15,774 nt of DNA from positions 23,647,129-23,662,902 of the forward strand of contig OZ316897.1 in assembly GCA_973895155.1 (NCBI GenBank), in the 5' to 3' direction. Below the pieces are notes generated by a model. It did no database searches. It saw nothing but the letters and a program-made list of their open reading frames with translations, and was not told the origin of the DNA. The position numbers and the translations under genes are program-made. Within the stretch, counting starts at the first letter, position 1. Each line of letters opens with the position of its first letter. The DNA comes from Marsupella aquatica (taxonomy: Eukaryota; Plantae; Marchantiophyta). Of this stretch, positions 1-9,408 are shown piece after piece.

Positions 1-12
1 GGGATGACACTG

Positions 13-53
13 TAAACCCTAAACCATAAACCCTAAACCCTAAACGCTAACCC
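13..53 (-). repeat. Degenerate telomere-like (TTTAGGG)n tract, once per unit
   Basis: + strand reads TAAACCC TAAACCA TAAACCC TAAACCC TAAACGC TAACCC. Also starts at 1068, 2123, 3178, 5201, 6256, 7311, 8366, 9421, 10476, 11531, 12586, 14609 and 15664. Followed by T8-C-T5 (54-67). Confidence 0.85.
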
Positions 54-262
54 TTTTTTTTCTTTTTGCTATACTTGTCAAAAAAACGTGCTAGGCGAGC
101 ACGTAACGTTCCAAAACGTGCTATTTGCGCAAATCCACCAAAATGAAACGTTTTACCAATACTTTAAAAAAGTCAAAATTACATAAAAAGCCAACTACTC
201 GTACCCCTAGTTGTGATCACCTCGTCGCGATAGGAGCGTGGACTCACTCCTAGTATGCATAC

Positions 263-285
263 ATTGGGGGTGATTCACCCCCAAT
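263..285. other. Perfect 11-bp inverted repeat just left of each monomer block
   Basis: ATTGGGGGTGA-T-TCACCCCCAAT, directly abutting the 10-bp palindrome GTATGCATAC (253-262). Confidence 0.92.
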
Positions 286-305
286 CTTGACCATCCTCAC
301 CCCCA

Positions 306-909
306 ATGCACGCACCCCCAAAACTGGGGGCCACCCTCACCCTCAACCCCCATGGAACCCCTCCCCCACCCTCACCCCCAGCTCGTTACACCCCCAATGC
401 TACATTAGGGTTGCACACGCCCCCATGTGCACGCACCCCCAAAATTGGGGGCCACCCTCACCCTCAACCCCCATGGAACCCCTCCCCCTCCCTCACCCCC
501 AGCTCGTTACACCCCCAATGCTCAATTAGGGTTGCACACGCCCCCATGTGCACGCACCCCCAAAACTGGGGGCCACCCTCACCCTCAACCCCCATGGAAC
601 CCCTCCCCCTCCCTCACCCCCTGCTCGTTACACCCCCAATGCTACAGTAGGGTTGCACACGCCCCCATGTGCACGCACCCCCAAAACTGGGGGCCACCCT
701 CACCCTCAACCCCCATGGAACCCCTCCCCCACCCTCACCCCCAGCTCGTTACACCCCCAATGCTCAATTAGGGTTGCACAGGCCCCCATGTGCACGCACC
801 CCCAAAACTGGGGGCCACCCTCACCCTCAACCCCCATGGAACCCCTCCCCCACCCTCACCCCCAGCTCGTTACACCCCCAAAAGCTACAGTAGGGTGGCA
901 CTCGCCCCC
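306..909 (+). repeat. 121-bp C-rich monomer block (first of 13 blocks; 81 monomers in total)
   Basis: Monomer: ATGTGCACGCACCCCCAAAACTGGGGGCCACCCTCACCCTCAACCCCCATGGAACCCCTCCCCCACCCTCACCCCCAGCTCGTTACACCCCCAATGCTCAATTAGGGTTGCACACGCCCCC. Starts at 306 (2 nt short), 425, 546, 667 and 788 (122-nt terminal variant). One NcoI site (CCATGG) per monomer. Confidence 0.98.
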
Positions 910-1012
910 TGGTACACGCACCCCGAAAATTGCGGGGTACCCCCACCCCTAGCCCCTCCAAAATGCGCACACAACAAACTGGGGGTCAAACTCACCCCCA
1001 ATATTCAATAAT

Positions 1013-1039
1013 CATACCAGTACTTAAAAAACTGGTATG
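1013..1039. other. 9-bp stem-loop right of each monomer block
   Basis: CATACCAGT-ACTTAAAAA-ACTGGTATG, followed by palindrome CACATGTG (1041-1048). Confidence 0.9.
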
Positions 1040-1055
1040 CCACATGTGAAAACTG

Positions 1056-2110
1056 GGGATGACACTGTAAACCCTAAACCATAAACCCTAAACCCTAAAC
1101 GCTAACCCTTTTTTTTCTTTTTGCTATACTTGTCAAAAAAACGTGCTAGGCGAGCACGTAACGTTCCAAAACGTGCTATTTGCGCAAATCCACCAAAATG
1201 AAACGTTTTACCAATACTTTAAAAAAGTCAAAATTACATAAAAAGCCAACTACTCGTACCCCTAGTTGTGATCACCTCGTCGCGATAGGAGCGTGGACTC
1301 ACTCCTAGTATGCATACATTGGGGGTGATTCACCCCCAATCTTGACCATCCTCACCCCCAATGCACGCACCCCCAAAACTGGGGGCCACCCTCACCCTCA
1401 ACCCCCATGGAACCCCTCCCCCACCCTCACCCCCAGCTCGTTACACCCCCAATGCTACATTAGGGTTGCACAGGCCCCCATGTGCACGCACCCCCAAAAC
1501 TGGGGGCCATCCTCACCCTCAACCCCCATGGAACCCCTCCCCCACCCTCACCCCCAGCTCGTTACACCCCCAATGCTCAATTAGGGTTGCACACGCCCCC
1601 ATGTGCACGCACCCCCAAAACTGGGGGCCACCCTCACCCTCAACCCCCATGGAACCCCTCCCCCACCCTCACCCCCAGCTCGTTACACCCCCAATGCTAC
1701 AGTAGGGTTGCACACGCCCCCATGTGCACGCACCCCCAAAACTGGGGGCCATCCTCACCCTCAACCCCCATGGAACCCCTCCCCCACCCTCACCCCCAGC
1801 TCGTTACACCCCCAATGCTCAATTAGGGTTGCACACGCCCCCATGTGCACGCACCCCCAAAACTGGGGGCCACCCTCACCCTCAACCCCCATGGAACCCC
1901 TCCCCCACCCTCACCCCCAGCTCGTTACACCCCCAAAAGCTACAGTAGGGTGGCACTCGCCCCCTGGTACACGCACCCCGAAAATTGCGGGGTACCCCCA
2001 CCCCTAGCCCCTCCAAAATGCGCACACAACAAACTCGGGGTCAAACTCACCCCCAATATTCAATAATCATACCAGTACTTAAAAAACTGGTATGCCACAT
2101 GTGAAAACTG
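1056..2110 (+). repeat. 1055-bp unit, variant B (5 monomers at 1361-1964)
   Basis: Diagnostic sites: CACAGG in monomer 1 (G1473), GGCCATCCTC in monomers 2 and 4, AAACTCGGGG (C2036). Confidence 0.97.
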
Positions 2111-3165
2111 GGGATGACACTGTAAACCCTAAACCATAAACCCTAAACCCTAAACGCTAACCCTTTTTTTTCTTTTTGCTATACTTGTCAAAAAAACGTG
2201 CTAGGCGAGCACGTAACGTTCCAAAACGTGCTATTTGCGCAAATCCACCAAAATGAAACGTTTTACCAATACTTTAAAAAAGTCAAAATTACATAAAAAG
2301 CCAACTACTCGTACCCCTAGTTGTGATCACCTCGTCGCGATAGGAGCGTGGACTCACTCCTAGTATGCATACATTGGGGGTGATTCACCCCCAATCTTGA
2401 CCATCCTCACCCCCAATGCACGCACCCCCAAAACTGGGGGCCACCCTCACCCTCAACCCCCATGGAACCCCTCCCCCACCCTCACCCCCAGCTCGTTACA
2501 CCCCCAATGCTACATTAGGGTTGCACACGCCCCCATGTGCACGCACCCCCAAAATTGGGGGCCACCCTCACCCTCAACCCCCATGGAACCCCTCCCCCTC
2601 CCTCACCCCCAGCTCGTTACACCCCCAATGCTCAATTAGGGTTGCACACGCCCCCATGTGCACGCACCCCCAAAACTGGGGGCCACCCTCACCCTCAACC
2701 CCCATGGAACCCCTCCCCCTCCCTCACCCCCTGCTCGTTACACCCCCAATGCTACAGTAGGGTTGCACACGCCCCCATGTGCACGCACCCCCAAAACTGG
2801 GGGCCACCCTCACCCTCAACCCCCATGGAACCCCTCCCCCACCCTCACCCCCAGCTCGTTACACCCCCAATGCTCAATTAGGGTTGCACAGGCCCCCATG
2901 TGCACGCACCCCCAAAACTGGGGGCCACCCTCACCCTCAACCCCCATGGAACCCCTCCCCCACCCTCACCCCCAGCTCGTTACACCCCCAAAAGCTACAG
3001 TAGGGTGGCACTCGCCCCCTGGTACACGCACCCCGAAAATTGCGGGGTACCCCCACCCCTAGCCCCTCCAAAATGCGCACACAACAAACTGGGGGTCAAA
3101 CTCACCCCCAATATTCAATAATCATACCAGTACTTAAAAAACTGGTATGCCACATGTGAAAACTG
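2111..3165 (+). repeat. 1055-bp unit, variant A (monomers 2416-3019)
   Basis: Same diagnostic sites and ORF translations as 1-1055 (+2110). Confidence 0.97.
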
Positions 3166-5188
3166 GGGATGACACTGTAAACCCTAAACCATAAACCCTA
3201 AACCCTAAACGCTAACCCTTTTTTTTCTTTTTGCTATACTTGTCAAAAAAACGTGCTAGGCGAGCACGTAACGTTCCAAAACGTGCTATTTGCGCAAATC
3301 CACCAAAATGAAACGTTTTACCAATACTTTAAAAAAGTCAAAATTACATAAAAAGCCAACTACTCGTACCCCTAGTTGTGATCACCTCGTCGCGATAGGA
3401 GCGTGGACTCACTCCTAGTATGCATACATTGGGGGTGATTCACCCCCAATCTTGACCATCCTCACCCCCAATGCACGCACCCCCAAAACTGGGGGCCACC
3501 CTCACCCTCAACCCCCATGGAACCCCTCCCCCACCCTCACCCCCAGCTCGTTACACCCCCAATGCTACATTAGGGTTGCACAGGCCCCCATGTGCACGCA
3601 CCCCCAAAACTGGGGGCCATCCTCACCCTCAACCCCCATGGAACCCCTCCCCCACCCTCACCCCCAGCTCGTTACACCCCCAATGCTCAATTAGGGTTGC
3701 ACACGCCCCCATGTGCACGCACCCCCAAAACTGGGGGCCACCCTCACCCTCAACCCCCATGGAACCCCTCCCCCACCCTCACCCCCAGCTCGTTACACCC
3801 CCAATGCTCAATTAGGGTTGCACACGCCCCCATGTGCACGCACCCCCAAAACTGGGGGCCATCCTCACCCTCAACCCCCATGGAACCCCTCCCCCACCCT
3901 CACCCCCAGCTCGTTACACCCCCAATGCTCAATTAGGGTTGCACACGCCCCCATGTGCACGCACCCCCAAAACTGGGGGCCACCCTCACCCTCAACCCCC
4001 ATGGAACCCCTCCCCCACCCTCACCCCCAGCTCGTTACACCCCCAATGCTACAGTAGGGTTGCACACGCCCCCATGTGCACGCACCCCCAAAATTGGGGG
4101 CCACCCTCACCCTCAACCCCCATGGAACCCCTCCCCCTCCCTCACCCCCAGCTCGTTACACCCCCAATGCTCAATTAGGGTTGCACACGCCCCCATGTGC
4201 ACGCACCCCCAAAACTGGGGGCCACCCTCACCCTCAACCCCCATGGAACCCCTCCCCCTCCCTCACCCCCTGCTCGTTACACCCCCAATGCTACAGTAGG
4301 GTTGCACACGCCCCCATGTGCACGCACCCCCAAAACTGGGGGCCACCCTCACCCTCAACCCCCATGGAACCCCTCCCCCTCCCTCACCCCCAGCTCGTTA
4401 CACCCCCAATGCTCAATTAGGGTTGCACACGCCCCCATGTGCACGCACCCCCAAAACTGGGGGCCACCCTCACCCTCAACCCCCATGGAACCCCTCCCCC
4501 ACCCTCACCCCCAGCTCGTTACACCCCCAATGCTCAATTAGGGTTGCACACGCCCCCATGTGCACGCACCCCCAAAACTGGGGGCCATCCTCACCCTCAA
4601 CCCCCATGGAACCCCTCCCCCACCCTCACCCCCAGCTCGTTACACCCCCAATGCTCAATTAGGGTTGCACACGCCCCCATGTGCACGCACCCCCAAAACT
4701 GGGGGCCACCCTCACCCTCAACCCCCATGGAACCCCTCCCCCACCCTCACCCCCAGCTCGTTACACCCCCAATGCTACAGTAGGGTTGCACACGCCCCCA
4801 TGTGCACGCACCCCCAAAACTGGGGGCCATCCTCACCCTCAACCCCCATGGAACCCCTCCCCCACCCTCACCCCCAGCTCGTTACACCCCCAATGCTCAA
4901 TTAGGGTTGCACACGCCCCCATGTGCACGCACCCCCAAAACTGGGGGCCACCCTCACCCTCAACCCCCATGGAACCCCTCCCCCACCCTCACCCCCAGCT
5001 CGTTACACCCCCAAAAGCTACAGTAGGGTGGCACTCGCCCCCTGGTACACGCACCCCGAAAATTGCGGGGTACCCCCACCCCTAGCCCCTCCAAAATGCG
5101 CACACAACAAACTCGGGGTCAAACTCACCCCCAATATTCAATAATCATACCAGTACTTAAAAAACTGGTATGCCACATGTGAAAACTG
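3166..5188 (+). repeat. 2023-bp expanded unit B* (13 monomers at 3471-5042)
   Basis: 13 ORF starts at 121-bp spacing from 3471 to 4923. Ends are B-type; A-type monomers lie at 4074-4315. Confidence 0.97.
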
Positions 5189-6243
5189 GGGATGACACTG
5201 TAAACCCTAAACCATAAACCCTAAACCCTAAACGCTAACCCTTTTTTTTCTTTTTGCTATACTTGTCAAAAAAACGTGCTAGGCGAGCACGTAACGTTCC
5301 AAAACGTGCTATTTGCGCAAATCCACCAAAATGAAACGTTTTACCAATACTTTAAAAAAGTCAAAATTACATAAAAAGCCAACTACTCGTACCCCTAGTT
5401 GTGATCACCTCGTCGCGATAGGAGCGTGGACTCACTCCTAGTATGCATACATTGGGGGTGATTCACCCCCAATCTTGACCATCCTCACCCCCAATGCACG
5501 CACCCCCAAAACTGGGGGCCACCCTCACCCTCAACCCCCATGGAACCCCTCCCCCACCCTCACCCCCAGCTCGTTACACCCCCAATGCTACATTAGGGTT
5601 GCACACGCCCCCATGTGCACGCACCCCCAAAATTGGGGGCCACCCTCACCCTCAACCCCCATGGAACCCCTCCCCCTCCCTCACCCCCAGCTCGTTACAC
5701 CCCCAATGCTCAATTAGGGTTGCACACGCCCCCATGTGCACGCACCCCCAAAACTGGGGGCCACCCTCACCCTCAACCCCCATGGAACCCCTCCCCCTCC
5801 CTCACCCCCTGCTCGTTACACCCCCAATGCTACAGTAGGGTTGCACACGCCCCCATGTGCACGCACCCCCAAAACTGGGGGCCACCCTCACCCTCAACCC
5901 CCATGGAACCCCTCCCCCACCCTCACCCCCAGCTCGTTACACCCCCAATGCTCAATTAGGGTTGCACAGGCCCCCATGTGCACGCACCCCCAAAACTGGG
6001 GGCCACCCTCACCCTCAACCCCCATGGAACCCCTCCCCCACCCTCACCCCCAGCTCGTTACACCCCCAAAAGCTACAGTAGGGTGGCACTCGCCCCCTGG
6101 TACACGCACCCCGAAAATTGCGGGGTACCCCCACCCCTAGCCCCTCCAAAATGCGCACACAACAAACTGGGGGTCAAACTCACCCCCAATATTCAATAAT
6201 CATACCAGTACTTAAAAAACTGGTATGCCACATGTGAAAACTG
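5189..6243 (+). repeat. 1055-bp unit, variant A (monomers 5494-6097)
   Basis: A-diagnostic variants and identical ORF translations. Confidence 0.97.
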
Positions 6244-7298
6244 GGGATGACACTGTAAACCCTAAACCATAAACCCTAAACCCTAAACGCTAACCCTTTT
6301 TTTTCTTTTTGCTATACTTGTCAAAAAAACGTGCTAGGCGAGCACGTAACGTTCCAAAACGTGCTATTTGCGCAAATCCACCAAAATGAAACGTTTTACC
6401 AATACTTTAAAAAAGTCAAAATTACATAAAAAGCCAACTACTCGTACCCCTAGTTGTGATCACCTCGTCGCGATAGGAGCGTGGACTCACTCCTAGTATG
6501 CATACATTGGGGGTGATTCACCCCCAATCTTGACCATCCTCACCCCCAATGCACGCACCCCCAAAACTGGGGGCCACCCTCACCCTCAACCCCCATGGAA
6601 CCCCTCCCCCACCCTCACCCCCAGCTCGTTACACCCCCAATGCTACATTAGGGTTGCACAGGCCCCCATGTGCACGCACCCCCAAAACTGGGGGCCATCC
6701 TCACCCTCAACCCCCATGGAACCCCTCCCCCACCCTCACCCCCAGCTCGTTACACCCCCAATGCTCAATTAGGGTTGCACACGCCCCCATGTGCACGCAC
6801 CCCCAAAACTGGGGGCCACCCTCACCCTCAACCCCCATGGAACCCCTCCCCCACCCTCACCCCCAGCTCGTTACACCCCCAATGCTACAGTAGGGTTGCA
6901 CACGCCCCCATGTGCACGCACCCCCAAAACTGGGGGCCATCCTCACCCTCAACCCCCATGGAACCCCTCCCCCACCCTCACCCCCAGCTCGTTACACCCC
7001 CAATGCTCAATTAGGGTTGCACACGCCCCCATGTGCACGCACCCCCAAAACTGGGGGCCACCCTCACCCTCAACCCCCATGGAACCCCTCCCCCACCCTC
7101 ACCCCCAGCTCGTTACACCCCCAAAAGCTACAGTAGGGTGGCACTCGCCCCCTGGTACACGCACCCCGAAAATTGCGGGGTACCCCCACCCCTAGCCCCT
7201 CCAAAATGCGCACACAACAAACTCGGGGTCAAACTCACCCCCAATATTCAATAATCATACCAGTACTTAAAAAACTGGTATGCCACATGTGAAAACTG
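6244..7298 (+). repeat. 1055-bp unit, variant B (monomers 6549-7152)
   Basis: B-diagnostic variants and identical ORF translations. Confidence 0.97.
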
Positions 7299-8353
7299 GG
7301 GATGACACTGTAAACCCTAAACCATAAACCCTAAACCCTAAACGCTAACCCTTTTTTTTCTTTTTGCTATACTTGTCAAAAAAACGTGCTAGGCGAGCAC
7401 GTAACGTTCCAAAACGTGCTATTTGCGCAAATCCACCAAAATGAAACGTTTTACCAATACTTTAAAAAAGTCAAAATTACATAAAAAGCCAACTACTCGT
7501 ACCCCTAGTTGTGATCACCTCGTCGCGATAGGAGCGTGGACTCACTCCTAGTATGCATACATTGGGGGTGATTCACCCCCAATCTTGACCATCCTCACCC
7601 CCAATGCACGCACCCCCAAAACTGGGGGCCACCCTCACCCTCAACCCCCATGGAACCCCTCCCCCACCCTCACCCCCAGCTCGTTACACCCCCAATGCTA
7701 CATTAGGGTTGCACACGCCCCCATGTGCACGCACCCCCAAAATTGGGGGCCACCCTCACCCTCAACCCCCATGGAACCCCTCCCCCTCCCTCACCCCCAG
7801 CTCGTTACACCCCCAATGCTCAATTAGGGTTGCACACGCCCCCATGTGCACGCACCCCCAAAACTGGGGGCCACCCTCACCCTCAACCCCCATGGAACCC
7901 CTCCCCCTCCCTCACCCCCTGCTCGTTACACCCCCAATGCTACAGTAGGGTTGCACACGCCCCCATGTGCACGCACCCCCAAAACTGGGGGCCACCCTCA
8001 CCCTCAACCCCCATGGAACCCCTCCCCCACCCTCACCCCCAGCTCGTTACACCCCCAATGCTCAATTAGGGTTGCACAGGCCCCCATGTGCACGCACCCC
8101 CAAAACTGGGGGCCACCCTCACCCTCAACCCCCATGGAACCCCTCCCCCACCCTCACCCCCAGCTCGTTACACCCCCAAAAGCTACAGTAGGGTGGCACT
8201 CGCCCCCTGGTACACGCACCCCGAAAATTGCGGGGTACCCCCACCCCTAGCCCCTCCAAAATGCGCACACAACAAACTGGGGGTCAAACTCACCCCCAAT
8301 ATTCAATAATCATACCAGTACTTAAAAAACTGGTATGCCACATGTGAAAACTG
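7299..8353 (+). repeat. 1055-bp unit, variant A (monomers 7604-8207)
   Basis: A-diagnostic variants and identical ORF translations. Confidence 0.97.
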
Positions 8354-9408
8354 GGGATGACACTGTAAACCCTAAACCATAAACCCTAAACCCTAAACGC
8401 TAACCCTTTTTTTTCTTTTTGCTATACTTGTCAAAAAAACGTGCTAGGCGAGCACGTAACGTTCCAAAACGTGCTATTTGCGCAAATCCACCAAAATGAA
8501 ACGTTTTACCAATACTTTAAAAAAGTCAAAATTACATAAAAAGCCAACTACTCGTACCCCTAGTTGTGATCACCTCGTCGCGATAGGAGCGTGGACTCAC
8601 TCCTAGTATGCATACATTGGGGGTGATTCACCCCCAATCTTGACCATCCTCACCCCCAATGCACGCACCCCCAAAACTGGGGGCCACCCTCACCCTCAAC
8701 CCCCATGGAACCCCTCCCCCACCCTCACCCCCAGCTCGTTACACCCCCAATGCTACATTAGGGTTGCACAGGCCCCCATGTGCACGCACCCCCAAAACTG
8801 GGGGCCATCCTCACCCTCAACCCCCATGGAACCCCTCCCCCACCCTCACCCCCAGCTCGTTACACCCCCAATGCTCAATTAGGGTTGCACACGCCCCCAT
8901 GTGCACGCACCCCCAAAACTGGGGGCCACCCTCACCCTCAACCCCCATGGAACCCCTCCCCCACCCTCACCCCCAGCTCGTTACACCCCCAATGCTACAG
9001 TAGGGTTGCACACGCCCCCATGTGCACGCACCCCCAAAACTGGGGGCCATCCTCACCCTCAACCCCCATGGAACCCCTCCCCCACCCTCACCCCCAGCTC
9101 GTTACACCCCCAATGCTCAATTAGGGTTGCACACGCCCCCATGTGCACGCACCCCCAAAACTGGGGGCCACCCTCACCCTCAACCCCCATGGAACCCCTC
9201 CCCCACCCTCACCCCCAGCTCGTTACACCCCCAAAAGCTACAGTAGGGTGGCACTCGCCCCCTGGTACACGCACCCCGAAAATTGCGGGGTACCCCCACC
9301 CCTAGCCCCTCCAAAATGCGCACACAACAAACTCGGGGTCAAACTCACCCCCAATATTCAATAATCATACCAGTACTTAAAAAACTGGTATGCCACATGT
9401 GAAAACTG
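8354..9408 (+). repeat. 1055-bp unit, variant B (monomers 8659-9262)
   Basis: B-diagnostic variants and identical ORF translations. Confidence 0.97.

Larger units (their letters stand above)
1..1055 (+). repeat. 1055-bp unit, variant A (5 monomers at 306-909)
   Basis: Diagnostic sites: AAAATTGGGGG (T445), CCCCCTCCCTC (T489, T610), CCCCCTGC (T622), CACAGG (G781), AAACTGGGGG (G981). Confidence 0.97.
254..1308 (+). mobile_element. Possible non-autonomous Helitron/Helentron-like unit with central tandem repeats, head-to-tail amplified (hypothesis)
   Basis: Each unit can be phased to end in an imperfect GC-rich hairpin, 9 nt, then CTAG followed by T (218-254; next copy ends at 1308). An 11-bp inverted pair (263-273 / 992-1002) brackets the tandem repeats and is followed by a stem-loop. 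There is no RepHel ORF and no 5'-TC after the CTAG. Confidence 0.3.
1..9408. repeat. 9408-bp higher-order unit A-B-A-B*-A-B-A-B (phase arbitrary), copy 1
   Basis: 7x1055 + 2023 = 9408. Expanded units start at 3166 and 12574, 9408 bp apart, and the ORF track repeats with this offset (e.g. 3452/12860). Confidence 0.88.

Noticed and set aside
1-67. Telomerase RNA gene (CTAAACCCT template-like motif plus poly-T terminator)
   Set aside because: A template is roughly 1.5 repeats inside a structured RNA. Here there are about 6 degenerate repeats running directly into the T-tract, with no recognisable USE/TATA promoter.
13-67. True chromosome end or herpesvirus telomeric/pac terminal repeat
   Set aside because: The tract is only 41 bp, degenerate and internal to every cassette. 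It is a 7-mer TTTAGGG type rather than TTAGGG, and no viral genes are present.
425-545. 121-bp monomer as a 5S rRNA gene (similar length)
   Set aside because: No recognisable 5S sequence, internal control boxes or terminal stem; the length match is coincidental.
1013-1039. Rho-independent terminator
   Set aside because: The stem has no adjacent downstream U-tract and there is no upstream gene; the context is not prokaryote-like.
1003-1360. rDNA intergenic spacer with subrepeats and spacer promoters
   Set aside because: The architecture is superficially similar, but there is no rRNA coding sequence in 15.8 kb and no plant TATATAGGG-type Pol I initiation motif. It cannot be fully excluded without flanking sequence.
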